A stretch of 26,724 bases of DNA from a virus (lineage: Duplodnaviria; Caudoviricetes): positions 1 through 26,724 of the IMG/VR virus record IMGVR_UViG_3300046779_000818; one strand, given 5' to 3'. The notes beneath the pieces were generated by a model. That model was not told where the DNA came from. It worked only from the letters and a program-made list of their open reading frames with translations, and did no database searches. This document shows, piece by piece, positions 1 through 8,755 of this stretch. Made by a program: the position numbers and the translations under genes. Positions within the stretch are counted from its first letter, which is position 1, and every line of letters starts with the position of its first letter.

Positions 1-1
1 G

Positions 2-151
2 GAAAGCATAGCCCAGGTTTGGACCCTTCTAGGCTTTTTTATTGCTTGGCTAACCCTTACTGGCACAGCCCAGGATGTAGTAGGGCTGGCAACAATAGCA
101 GCCACCGCTATTTGGCTAGTCACCATACCACTTCGAAAAGAAGACGAGTAA
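2..151 (+). CDS. partial membrane protein (3' end, two TM helices)
   Basis: Open frame from window edge: ESIAQVWTLLGFFIAWLTLTGTAQDVVGLATIAATAIWLVTIPLRKEDE*. Confidence 0.75.
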   Translation, partial: ESIAQVWTLLGFFIAWLTLTGTAQDVVGLATIAATAIWLVTIPLRKEDE

Positions 152-167
152 ATGCTATAATAGCCAT

Positions 168-386
168 ATGAGAAAATTAATTAGTATTGCCACGGCAGGC
201 GTGTTAATGCTACTATTGTCTAGTTGTGGTTATCAGGGTGGATATCGTTATTCATGCCAAGATCCAGCAAATTGGGAATTAGCAGAATGCAATCCGCCAA
301 TTTGTGAAACAACAGGAACATGTTCAAGAGACCTCGTAGGTGAAGATGTATGGACAGAATATCAGAATGGAAAAAAGAATGGCTAA
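168..386 (+). CDS. small Cys-rich lipoprotein
   Basis: Signal peptide with lipobox LSSC; TATAAT at 156-161 lies 6 nt before the ATG (leaderless). Confidence 0.75.
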   Translation: MRKLISIATAGVLMLLLSSCGYQGGYRYSCQDPANWELAECNPPICETTGTCSRDLVGEDVWTEYQNGKKNG

Positions 387-822
387 AAACCGACTAACGC
401 CAGCGGATCTAGATGCTAGATTAAAGTTTATTCTAGGAATCACGCTTGGATCAATTTTGTTTTTTACAGCAATGGGTATTTTATATGCCCTTATTTTCGT
501 AACACAACCAATTGGAGCACAATCTGAAAACGATAAAATGTTCTTCAACGTATTAGGTTCTGTTGCAACATTTATTACAGGAACACTTGCGGGTCTATTG
601 ATTGGACAGAGTGGTGCTAAAGATGTAATGGCAGCTCAGATGGCAAACAAAGAAATTGATGCTAAAAATACTCAAGCAGATAAGAAATTAGAATCAGAAA
701 TTAGAATGTCAGAGGACAAGCTTGATGCCGAACTTGATGAAGTAAGAGCACGTCTTGCCAAGAAGCCTGATGGAGAAATGCCAGCAGAACAAGAAGTAGA
801 TACAGATTGGGATAAAGAATAA
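379..822 (+). CDS. two-TM membrane protein with C-terminal coiled coil (possible holin/lysis accessory)
   Basis: Two hydrophobic segments then a charged helical tail; start at 379 overlaps the previous gene end; stop overlaps the CHAP gene start. Confidence 0.65.
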   Translation: MAKNRLTPADLDARLKFILGITLGSILFFTAMGILYALIFVTQPIGAQSENDKMFFNVLGSVATFITGTLAGLLIGQSGAKDVMAAQMANKEIDAKNTQADKKLESEIRMSEDKLDAELDEVRARLAKKPDGEMPAEQEVDTDWDKE

Positions 823-1421
823 TGACAACAAATGATTTTCCAGTCCCAGCAGAAACAGCAAAGGCTCCTAAAGGAAGTGTTGCACGTTTAATCCAAGTTG
901 CTAAATCTCAGGTAGGATATATTGAAGGTCCTAAAGATAATGAGACAAAGTATGGAGCATACACAAAGGCTAACTTTCAACCATGGTGCGGAAGTTTTGT
1001 AAACTGGTGTGCCAATGAAGCTGGTGTAAAGATTCCTAATACAGTATATACTCCAGGTGGTGCTGCAGCATTTAAGAAAGCTGGGGCATGGATTGATGGA
1101 GATCTAGCAGATCCAGAGCCAGGAGATATTGCCTATTTTGATTTCCCATCAGACGGTGTCGATAGAATTTCTCACGTAGGAATTGTTATTGAAGATAACG
1201 AAGACGGAACAGTTTGGTGTATTGAAGGAAATACTTCTTCAAATAAAAAGGGAAGTCAAAGAAATGGCGGAGAAGCCTGCAAACAACTTCGTGCTTATAA
1301 GAAAAACAAAGCAGGGGTTATGGTTTCAATTGTAGGATTTGGTCGCCCTAAATTTAAAACTGGAGGAGCAGCAAAGCCAGTAGCAACATCTTCTGGAGTA
1401 TGCCCAACCTGCGGTAAATAA
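822..1421 (+). CDS. CHAP/NlpC-P60 peptidoglycan hydrolase (probable endolysin)
   Basis: PWCGSFV (catalytic Cys), PGDIAYF, HVGIV (His), IEGNT motifs. Confidence 0.85.
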   Translation: MTTNDFPVPAETAKAPKGSVARLIQVAKSQVGYIEGPKDNETKYGAYTKANFQPWCGSFVNWCANEAGVKIPNTVYTPGGAAAFKKAGAWIDGDLADPEPGDIAYFDFPSDGVDRISHVGIVIEDNEDGTVWCIEGNTSSNKKGSQRNGGEACKQLRAYKKNKAGVMVSIVGFGRPKFKTGGAAKPVATSSGVCPTCGK

Positions 1422-1564
1422 TGAATACATATAGTATTAAGCTAGAAGTAAATGCAGAAGTTCAAGCATTTAGCGAAGAAGATGCTGCAGACTACATCAA
1501 TGATATTTTTGGTATTGATGATGAAGTTAAGTCTGTAAAAGTTATTAGCGTGAAGGAGAAATAA
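1421..1564 (+). CDS. hypothetical protein, 47 aa
   Basis: MNTYSIKLEVNAEVQAFSEEDAADYIND...; TAATG overlaps at both ends. Confidence 0.75.
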   Translation: MNTYSIKLEVNAEVQAFSEEDAADYINDIFGIDDEVKSVKVISVKEK

Positions 1565-2394
1565 TGGCAAAAGAAGGATACAAGCCGACGTCAGGAATGC
1601 AATCAGCAGCTCGTCGTGCAATTAAGTTAAAAGAGCAAGGCAAAGCAAAAGGTGCTGGTACTGCAGTAGGATGGACTCGTGCAGGTCAGCTTGCCCGTGG
1701 TGAGACACTGAGTCTTTCAACAGTTAAGCGCATGTATTCATTTTTCTCCCGTCATGAAGTAGATAAAAAGGGCAAAGACTGGGATAATGCCGAGAACCCA
1801 TCTAATGGAAAGATTATGTGGTTGGCATGGGGCGGAGACGCAGGATTCTCTTGGTCTCGTAAAATTGTAGAACGTGAAAAGAATATGAAAAAGTCTTTGA
1901 CGCATGATGATGTAGTTGAAGAAATTAAAGATATGTTAACAGATGCAGTAGAGCCATTTGATACTGTAATTGAAATTCCAGACGATGAAGAAATTACAAA
2001 AGCCCTACGTCCAGAAGTTACTAAGGAACAGCTTGGGATGATAATTGAGCATCTGATGGAAGCAATTGAAGGTATGATTGAGATGCCAGAAGAGGAAGAA
2101 GAGGGCGAAGAGTCTGAGTCAGAAATGCCTGTAGAAGAAGCCTCTCTTGATAACCCAGCTCCAGTTGGAGATCCAGACAAGAACGAAGTTAATTGGCCAG
2201 TAATTAAATCAGAGAATGGTGAAGATTATGAGTCAGACAACGAAGAAGAAGATAAGTGGGATAATATTCAAAAAGCCTGCTGGTCTGGTTATACTCAGCG
2301 TGGAATGAAAGAAAAGAATGGTCGCATGGTTCCAAACTGTGTGCCAGTTGAAAAAGTACAAAAGTCCATATGGGATGGAACTTTTATTAAATAA
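1564..2394 (+). CDS. phage protein, possibly head-associated; basic N-domain, acidic linker, CWxGY..VPNCVP motif
   Basis: RBS AAGGAG; N-domain (RMYSFFSRH...WLAWGGDAG) and C-terminal CWSGY..K.KNG..VPNCVP are motifs I recognise from other phage proteins; function not established. Confidence 0.6.
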   Translation: MAKEGYKPTSGMQSAARRAIKLKEQGKAKGAGTAVGWTRAGQLARGETLSLSTVKRMYSFFSRHEVDKKGKDWDNAENPSNGKIMWLAWGGDAGFSWSRKIVEREKNMKKSLTHDDVVEEIKDMLTDAVEPFDTVIEIPDDEEITKALRPEVTKEQLGMIIEHLMEAIEGMIEMPEEEEEGEESESEMPVEEASLDNPAPVGDPDKNEVNWPVIKSENGEDYESDNEEEDKWDNIQKACWSGYTQRGMKEKNGRMVPNCVPVEKVQKSIWDGTFIK

Positions 2395-2397
2395 CTA

Positions 2398-2427
2398 TTG
2401 ACATAGCCGTAGCTATTCCTGTATAAT
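2398..2427 (+). promoter_or_regulatory. sigma-A/70 consensus promoter
   Basis: TTGACA-N18-TATAAT upstream of the WhiB operon. Confidence 0.75.
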
Positions 2428-2466
2428 ATATATTAGTGGGATGCTGCGGTTTATGTTTAGGACAGC

Positions 2467-2691
2467 ATGTTAAATCTAACAGAATTAGGTGTAGAAGTCT
2501 TCATTAAGAAGGCAAAGAACATATCACCATTTTGGGATAATTATGATCTAGTTATCTGGAAAAAAGATATTAACGGATTTACAAATATAAAGGGCATGTT
2601 TAAAGATACATGGGGGACGGCAGAAAGAATATCTGTCGACGCTAACGGAATATGGAAATTGCCCACAAAATATGTCAAGCATTTTAAGTAA
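2467..2691 (+). CDS. hypothetical protein
   Basis: ORF track; AGGA RBS; overlaps the next gene. Confidence 0.75.
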   Translation: MLNLTELGVEVFIKKAKNISPFWDNYDLVIWKKDINGFTNIKGMFKDTWGTAERISVDANGIWKLPTKYVKHFK

Positions 2692-2983
2692 TCTTGGAGT
2701 AGACGAAGAAGATTTTGATTGGCACGATTTAGCAGTATGTCGTGGAATGGATACAAATTTATTCTACGATAAATACGAATTAGATGTCAATATAGCAAAA
2801 AACATCGATGAGATGTGCTTTTCTTGTCCAGTAATGGAAATGTGTTACAGATCTGGAATAGAAAAAGATGAACATGGAGTTTGGGGTGGAGTTTATTTAA
2901 CTGCAGGCTCTATAGATAAAAGTAAAAATTTGCACAAAACATCTGAAGTATGGAAGAGGCTAAAGAAGAGAAATGTTTATTAA
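2672..2983 (+). CDS. whiB: WhiB family Fe-S transcription factor
   Basis: W...AVC-x-D..LF, CxxCPV..xC and GVWGG turn: the four-Cys WhiB signature. Confidence 0.9.
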   Translation: MSSILSNLGVDEEDFDWHDLAVCRGMDTNLFYDKYELDVNIAKNIDEMCFSCPVMEMCYRSGIEKDEHGVWGGVYLTAGSIDKSKNLHKTSEVWKRLKKRNVY

Positions 2984-3287
2984 TAAAGATAAAGATCATT
3001 TTAAACATGGTATCAATTTATGGACAGGCGAACCAAATAAGCCTGTATTCTATACAGATGAAATGAAAAAAAGAGTACATGAAATACAGAAGCCATCAAT
3101 GCTTCTCATGGACATTGTTAAATACCCTGACTTTCTTGCAATAAGACTATATGAAGATAATTTTATACAATTTGACGGAACTAAAAAAGAAATAGTTATA
3201 GATTACGTATCAAAGGTAAAGAAATTAATTGAATCATATGGAGTAAGATGCGAGTTAGAGGGGGTTCCAAGTGCGAGAGTATTATGA
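2973..3287 (+). CDS. hypothetical protein
   Basis: ORF track; overlapping operon structure. Confidence 0.75.
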   Translation: MFINKDKDHFKHGINLWTGEPNKPVFYTDEMKKRVHEIQKPSMLLMDIVKYPDFLAIRLYEDNFIQFDGTKKEIVIDYVSKVKKLIESYGVRCELEGVPSARVL

Positions 3288-3468
3288 TACAATTTACATC
3301 GTATTTATTCATTCCGAAAATTGTTACGGAACGGTAGAAAAATTGGGAGCTTTTGCGTCTTTGGTAAAATATAATATGAACGGAAATGAAATAGAAGAGC
3401 TTTTAGAAAATGAAGATTTCACCATCGTGGATGAAATTGTTCATCAGCATATTGAGGAATCAAATTAA
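3271..3468 (+). CDS. hypothetical protein
   Basis: GTG start after GAGGGG; stop overlaps the next ATG. Confidence 0.7.
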   Translation: MREYYDTIYIVFIHSENCYGTVEKLGAFASLVKYNMNGNEIEELLENEDFTIVDEIVHQHIEESN

Positions 3469-3704
3469 TGGAAAAAATACTGTGCTACAGTTGCAATAAA
3501 TCAAAGAATAAATTAGATGTAAAGAAATCATCTTTACTTCCAATTAATTTATTGATGTGTGAAACCTGCATTACATCTAAATTAGAGCCACGATGGGTAA
3601 TTATTTTGGCAGGAAGATCAAATGGCGCAGAGCATGTCAAAGAATATATTCAAAAAAGACGCTATATTGGTAACGAAGTCTCAGCATCTGAGCTATTAGT
3701 TTAG
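3468..3704 (+). CDS. zinc-finger protein (CxxC...CxxC)
   Basis: CYSC and CETC; GAGGA RBS. Confidence 0.75.
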   Translation: MEKILCYSCNKSKNKLDVKKSSLLPINLLMCETCITSKLEPRWVIILAGRSNGAEHVKEYIQKRRYIGNEVSASELLV

Positions 3705-3732
3705 ACTTAATTAAAGGTATAATTAGTTTATT

Positions 3733-4041
3733 ATGGATTATACCTCTATTGTAATTGCTTTATTGGCTGCCGTATTTTCAGGTATGGGGACAGCCCTAGT
3801 GGCCTCCCTAAAAGATAGCAAAAAAGAAAAAACCAGGAAAGCTGAGCGTGAGCAGGACCATCTAAAGATGGAAATTAAGGATCTTAAAATAGCCTTATTT
3901 CAAATTGAGCGGGAATTAACTGATTGGAAGGACAAATATTATAACTCCATTCAAGAACTAATTGAAGTTAAATCTGAATTAGAAAATGCCCTAGTCCAAT
4001 TAAATTTAATTGAATTAAGAGACCTGGACTCCGAATATTAA
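3733..4041 (+). CDS. N-terminal TM + coiled-coil protein
   Basis: Hydrophobic N-terminus, heptad-rich remainder; TATAAT at 3718-3723. Confidence 0.75.
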   Translation: MDYTSIVIALLAAVFSGMGTALVASLKDSKKEKTRKAEREQDHLKMEIKDLKIALFQIERELTDWKDKYYNSIQELIEVKSELENALVQLNLIELRDLDSEY

Positions 4042-4059
4042 AAATAGTATACTAGGAAT

Positions 4060-4626
4060 ATGACCTGTATAGTAGCCCTTATAAACGAAAACAAAGTCCT
4101 TCTTGGAGGAGATGCTGCTGCATCAGATGATAAGTCTGGTTTAATTTTTCAAAGAACTGATCCTAAAGTTTTTAAAGTTGGGCAATATGGGATAGGCTTC
4201 ATTGATAGTTTTAGAATGGGACAAATCATTCAGTACTATTGGACACCGCCAGTCTATAAACCAACTGCTGGATATAGGAACTTAGATAAGTTTATTAAAA
4301 CTAAATTTGTTGAATCAATTAAAGATGCTTTTAAAGAATATGGATATGGCAACTTTGGTTCTGGTACAGAAGAAGGAGATCAAGGCGGAATCTTCATAGT
4401 AACAGTGCAGGGTTCTGGAAGAATCTTTACGATGGATAGCGATTTTCATGTTGCAGAATGTGATGTCCCATATATGGCAGAAGGCGCTGGGCAAGAACTT
4501 GCTCTAGGATCTTTATTCTCTACAGCATTAGTTAAGACTCCACGCAAGCGTGTACGCATGGCTTTGGAAGCGGCAGCTAAGTTTAACATGGCAGTAAGAC
4601 CTCCCTTTACAATTATCGAGGTCTAG
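4060..4626 (+). CDS. HslV/proteasome beta-subunit-like Ntn hydrolase
   Basis: N-terminal M-T-C-I-V-A (Thr nucleophile), GDxAAS, conserved K in PKVF, GAG (GSG equivalent)...ALG, ALEAA. Confidence 0.8.
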   Translation: MTCIVALINENKVLLGGDAAASDDKSGLIFQRTDPKVFKVGQYGIGFIDSFRMGQIIQYYWTPPVYKPTAGYRNLDKFIKTKFVESIKDAFKEYGYGNFGSGTEEGDQGGIFIVTVQGSGRIFTMDSDFHVAECDVPYMAEGAGQELALGSLFSTALVKTPRKRVRMALEAAAKFNMAVRPPFTIIEV

Positions 4627-4640
4627 AGTATAATAGATTT

Positions 4641-4997
4641 ATGAAATGGCTAAATCGTTTAGCCGCCCTACTGTTTGGATTAATATCAGTTGGGGTAATA
4701 AAAGACGTTCGTAGTAAGTATGATCTAATAATATTAGATAAGGAAAACTTACAATACGAGGAAGATGAAGACGACATGGAACATATCTCTGGATTAAGAC
4801 CAGAAAATTATGATAATGCCATGGATCTTCGTGGAAGACCTACACATGCATGTATATGTGGATGTAACATATTCAACATTAAAGCAATATTTGATGACTA
4901 CGAAATCGCTACATATTTTCTTGACATGGAATGTGTAAATTGTGGGACGCTAGTAACTGCTCCTACTCCGTTAGATAGAGAAGAAACAGATTTGTGA
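4641..4997 (+). CDS. membrane-anchored zinc-binding protein
   Basis: N-terminal TM; DLRG.PTHACICG and CVNCG..TAPTP. Confidence 0.75.
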   Translation: MKWLNRLAALLFGLISVGVIKDVRSKYDLIILDKENLQYEEDEDDMEHISGLRPENYDNAMDLRGRPTHACICGCNIFNIKAIFDDYEIATYFLDMECVNCGTLVTAPTPLDREETDL

Positions 4998-5164
4998 GAA
5001 AAGCAGAACGAATTAGAATTCTTGAATTAGAACTAATTAGACAACAATATGAGTTGGAATATATAAAGGCTACTCTTCATGCCTTTTTAGAATCAAGAGG
5101 AATGAACTTGCCAGAATTAGACGCTGGTAAATGGTACGAAAGAAAGCCACGCAGAGACTCTTGA
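4994..5164 (+). CDS. hypothetical protein, 56 aa
   Basis: GTGA overlap; MRKAERIRILELELIRQQYELEY...DAGKWYERKPRRDS*. Confidence 0.7.
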   Translation: MRKAERIRILELELIRQQYELEYIKATLHAFLESRGMNLPELDAGKWYERKPRRDS

Positions 5165-5189
5165 CGATATTCTGCTAATTTAGTAGAAT
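5161..5189 (+). promoter_or_regulatory. sigma-A promoter, leaderless transcript
   Basis: TTGACG-N17-TAGAAT, ATG 6 nt downstream, no SD. Confidence 0.75.
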
Positions 5190-5195
5190 AGTCAT

Positions 5196-6131
5196 ATGAA
5201 CAAAAAAATAATTACGGCTCTAGCAGCCTTACTACTACTTACTCCAATTACTGCTAATGCAGCACAACTACAAAATAAAACTGTAGTTAATCCTACAATT
5301 GCAATTTTAGATACAGCAATTGATACATCTATTCCAACAATTAAAGATAGAATTGTATACGAAGCATGTGTAACTCAATGGTCTACTTGCCCAAATGGAA
5401 TGTCTGAGATGGAAGGTCAGAACTCTGCTATACTGCCATCAAACCAAATTTCAAAGAATGGTTTTGATCATGGAACACAAATGGCTTCTTTAGCTATTGC
5501 TGCTAACCCAAATGTAAATATAGTATTCGTTAGAATTATTGGAATTAATAGAATTGGATTGAGACAGGCTTCTGGCGAGGCTACTGTATACAACGCTTTA
5601 GATTGGGTTCTAAGAAATCAGTCTAAGCTAAATATCCAGGCTGTATCTTTATCTCAAAGTCATCATAATTTAGGTGCTGCTGGTACAGATTACTGTCCAA
5701 AAACTCCTATTACTGAGAATAAAATAAAGCAGTTATCAGATATTGGAGTACCAGTATTTGTGTCTGCTGGTAACAATGGTGATGTAATGAGAATTGACTG
5801 GCCAGCGTGTATTCCAGCATCAGTCGCAATTAGTGCAACAATGCCTACCAAGTCAGTAGCGTTCTATTCAAACTTCGATCCACTGCTAACAGACTTCATG
5901 GCTTTGGGAACAACACAGGCAACTACAGTGGGTGGTAAGAAGATACCAGTTGCTGGAACATCTGCATCTACAGTAATTGCTGCAACACAGTGGGCAACTA
6001 TTAAAGCTAATAAACCACACCTATCATATACTCAAATATATGATTTAATTTCAAAAACCTCTATTCTTTCTACTAATTCAAAGGTTAAGAATGGCAAACT
6101 AATTAATCTTGAAGGAGCATTAAATGGATAA
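5196..6131 (+). CDS. secreted subtilisin-like (S8) serine protease
   Basis: Signal peptide (ANA|A); IAILDT (Asp), HGTQM (His), SAGN (oxyanion Asn), AGTS (Ser). Confidence 0.88.
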   Translation: MNKKIITALAALLLLTPITANAAQLQNKTVVNPTIAILDTAIDTSIPTIKDRIVYEACVTQWSTCPNGMSEMEGQNSAILPSNQISKNGFDHGTQMASLAIAANPNVNIVFVRIIGINRIGLRQASGEATVYNALDWVLRNQSKLNIQAVSLSQSHHNLGAAGTDYCPKTPITENKIKQLSDIGVPVFVSAGNNGDVMRIDWPACIPASVAISATMPTKSVAFYSNFDPLLTDFMALGTTQATTVGGKKIPVAGTSASTVIAATQWATIKANKPHLSYTQIYDLISKTSILSTNSKVKNGKLINLEGALNG

Positions 6132-6351
6132 GCAAATGACAGTTTTAGAAGGAATTATTGAAGACGTTGCTGTTGCATTATATCAAAAATGGTACAACGC
6201 AGTTCCTCAAGATCAAATTAATGAGGAGCATTCTAAGACTATGGAAAAAAATGCTAGGGATACTACCTTGTTTGTAATACAATTATTTATGGATAAGTTT
6301 AACAAAGCAGCAGAAGAACTGCAGGCTATTGACGATCCTAAGCAAGTTTAG
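6124..6351 (+). CDS. hypothetical protein
   Basis: AAGGAG RBS; ORF track. Confidence 0.75.
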   Translation: MDKQMTVLEGIIEDVAVALYQKWYNAVPQDQINEEHSKTMEKNARDTTLFVIQLFMDKFNKAAEELQAIDDPKQV

Positions 6352-6357
6352 TAGAAT
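6329..6357 (+). promoter_or_regulatory. sigma-A promoter, leaderless transcript
   Basis: TTGACG-N17-TAGAAT, ATG 6 nt downstream; same design as 5161. Confidence 0.75.
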
Positions 6358-6363
6358 ACATCT

Positions 6364-6858
6364 ATGCAAACATTTTTACCATACCCATCAAAGCGTGAGA
6401 GCTTAGATGCTTTAGATAATAAGCGTCTTAATAAGCAGATACTTGAATGCTATCAGATATTAAATATATTGACTGGCAACTCAAAGTCTGGCGCTTGGCG
6501 TAATCATCCTGCAGTATTGATGTGGGAAGGTGCAGAAGCAGAACTATATCGTTATGCTATGACTGCGGTTGTACTAGCAGACATGCGTGGCATTAAAACA
6601 GATAAGAATAGAGAGAATTTAGAAAAGCTTTCTCGTTCTCGTGCATCATTAATGTGGGAAGATAATACTCCAATATGGGCAACAAGTCCTAGTACTATCA
6701 AACGTGTTAATGCAACACATAAAGCAAATTTGTATCGTAAGGATCCAATTTACTATGCTGAGTTTTTTTCATCTGTATCAGATAAAAACAACAAGCCGTG
6801 TTGCGACAAATGCTTATACTACTGGCCAACTCACCCACTGAAAGCGCTGGCAGCATGA
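6364..6858 (+). CDS. pyrimidine-dimer DNA glycosylase / DenV-like (MSMEG_6728 family)
   Basis: MQTFLPY...LDNKRLNKQILECYQIL...W.NHPAV.MW.G...H..NL..KDP..Y. Confidence 0.8.
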   Translation: MQTFLPYPSKRESLDALDNKRLNKQILECYQILNILTGNSKSGAWRNHPAVLMWEGAEAELYRYAMTAVVLADMRGIKTDKNRENLEKLSRSRASLMWEDNTPIWATSPSTIKRVNATHKANLYRKDPIYYAEFFSSVSDKNNKPCCDKCLYYWPTHPLKALAA

Positions 6859-7157
6859 TAGTAACAGACTCAAATTTTGATGAAGTGGTATCAACTAACG
6901 GTTTAGTCTTGATGGATTTTTGGGCTGAGTGGTGTGGGCCTTGTAAAAAGCTTGGGCCAATCTTAGAAGAGATCTCAAATGAGACTGGATTACTCGTTGG
7001 TAAGTTAAATATTGATGAGAATCAAGAAAAAACTATTAAATACTCTGTACAATCAATACCAACTATGGTATTATTTAAGGATGGAAATCCTGTCCACACA
7101 CTAGTAGGGGCAATGCCAAAACATCGCCTGATGAAGGAATTGGCAGAATGGATTTAA
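6855..7157 (+). CDS. trxA: thioredoxin
   Basis: DFWAEWCGPCK, SIPT, GA.PK; start at the ATGA overlap (6855). Confidence 0.93.
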   Translation: MIVTDSNFDEVVSTNGLVLMDFWAEWCGPCKKLGPILEEISNETGLLVGKLNIDENQEKTIKYSVQSIPTMVLFKDGNPVHTLVGAMPKHRLMKELAEWI

Positions 7158-7381
7158 CATTTGACGAATGGATATCATTCGGGATAGAAAAAGGCTGGTG
7201 TGGCCCTCCCGTATGTTACACACATGATGGACTACCAATGTCCGAACATGAAATGCAAGGCTTTGACGATGGAGAAGATCCCTGCATGCATATTGTTCGA
7301 ATGTACGAAGACATTGATATGAAAACGGAAATTGAGGATAATCACTCACCGTCAAAGTGGCGGAACTCGTACACAAACTAG
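7148..7381 (+). CDS. hypothetical protein (CxxHDG motif)
   Basis: GWCGPPVCYTHDG...DPCMH; AAGGA RBS. Confidence 0.75.
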   Translation: MDLTFDEWISFGIEKGWCGPPVCYTHDGLPMSEHEMQGFDDGEDPCMHIVRMYEDIDMKTEIEDNHSPSKWRNSYTN

Positions 7382-7429
7382 AATTCCACGCTCATCAAGA
7401 GGTGGATAAATTAAGGAGAAATAAATTAA

Positions 7430-8557
7430 ATGAAATCATTTAAGAAGATCGCTCTAGCCATGGTTGCAGCCATGACTACCGCAACAATCGTAGCAACACC
7501 TGCAAGTGCTGCTGTAATGACAGTAGCTGTCGATTTGAATGGAACTGCAAATACAACTGCATCCGCTCTTGCGACACCAGCTTCATTGCCAGTCCCAGCA
7601 GATAACACAGTAGATGCAACAGATGCTCTACGTTTTGTGGCAACAGTTGATACAGGAACAGCAGTTTCTGTTACAGCAACAAACGCAACAATTGTATCTG
7701 CGCTACACACATCTGCTGCACCAGTAACAGCAGCGTCAGGATCAGCATCATTGACAATCGCAACTGGTACAGGAACAACTGCAACGTTTTATGTATATAC
7801 TAAAACGACAGCAATTGGTTCAGTCGTAATCAATAACGGCGGAACAACTCTTACATATTATGTACAGGGAACAGCAGGAAAGATTAATAATCTTACTGTA
7901 TCAGCACCAGCAACAGGTGCTGCTGGAACAAAGCAGGACATTCTAGTTACAGCAACAGACGTATTTGGAAATAAGGTTTCTGGTAAGTCTCTTACTGCAA
8001 CAGTATTTGCTGCTACAGCAACACTAGATTCAGCAACAGCAACAACTGGTGCAACACTTACAGATTTTGGAGTTGCCACATTTAAGGCAACACTTCCAAC
8101 TGTAGGAACACGTGCCCTAGTAATGTTTGCTCCAACAACATCAACAGATGCAGTTGCAGGCGCAGTTACTGGTCTCACAGCACCTACACTAGCACCATTT
8201 GCAGAGATCACAGTTCGTGACATGACAGCAGAACTTGCTGCTATGACTGCTGCAAAGCTTGCTGCAGAAAAGGCTCTTGCAGATGCAGTTGCTAAGGCTA
8301 CTGCAGATGCTGCAACAGCTAAGGCTGCAGCCGATGCTGCTGCTCTAACTGCTGCTGCAGAAATTGCTAAGCTAAAGGCGGAAGCAGTAAGCGCAAAGCT
8401 TGCTTCGGACGCAGCTCTTGCTGCTAAGGATGCAGAAATTACTAAGCTAACTGCAGATAATGCTAAGGCTTTGGCTGCTATCAAGGCTTCTTTCAACACT
8501 CTCGCTAAGAAGTGGAATGCAAAGAATCCAAAAGCTAAGGTTGCTCTAGTAAAGTAA
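7430..8557 (+). CDS. secreted Ala/Thr-rich surface protein with Ig-like beta region and C-terminal coiled coil
   Basis: Signal peptide MKSFKKIAL...PASA; strong RBS TAAGGAG; strongly biased GCA/ACA/GCT codons; own terminator. Confidence 0.75.
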   Translation: MKSFKKIALAMVAAMTTATIVATPASAAVMTVAVDLNGTANTTASALATPASLPVPADNTVDATDALRFVATVDTGTAVSVTATNATIVSALHTSAAPVTAASGSASLTIATGTGTTATFYVYTKTTAIGSVVINNGGTTLTYYVQGTAGKINNLTVSAPATGAAGTKQDILVTATDVFGNKVSGKSLTATVFAATATLDSATATTGATLTDFGVATFKATLPTVGTRALVMFAPTTSTDAVAGAVTGLTAPTLAPFAEITVRDMTAELAAMTAAKLAAEKALADAVAKATADAATAKAAADAAALTAAAEIAKLKAEAVSAKLASDAALAAKDAEITKLTADNAKALAAIKASFNTLAKKWNAKNPKAKVALVK

Positions 8558-8567
8558 TCTAAATTTA

Positions 8568-8603
8568 ATAAGGGGGCAGGGCTCTAGGGTCTTGCCTCCT
8601 TAT
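8568..8603 (+). terminator. intrinsic terminator
   Basis: ATAAGGGGGCAGG...CTTGCCTCCTTAT stem after the stop. Confidence 0.65.
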
Positions 8604-8626
8604 TATATAGATGATAAAATAATATG

Positions 8627-8755
8627 GTGGAAGATTACATACAGGATAAAGTTCGACGGGACATCATAAAAGAGATCCGTAATCTTGAACTTCCAAATGA
8701 GTGGAAGTCACAACAAGTAATTGATTACATAATCAGAAAGATAGATAGAAAATAA
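8627..8755 (+). CDS. hypothetical protein, 42 aa
   Basis: (M)EDYIQDKVRRDIIKEIRNLELPNEWKSQQVIDYIIRKIDRK*; stop overlaps the next ATG; alternative start 8624. Confidence 0.65.
   Translation: MEDYIQDKVRRDIIKEIRNLELPNEWKSQQVIDYIIRKIDRK

Noticed and set aside
1752-2180. Ser-rich minus-strand ORF (142 aa)
   Set aside because: Antisense shadow of the Glu-rich region of 1564-2394.
7426-8499. Long minus-strand ORFs 7426-7710 and 7858-8499
   Set aside because: Antisense shadows of the GCA/GCT-biased surface protein gene; no RBS or promoter.
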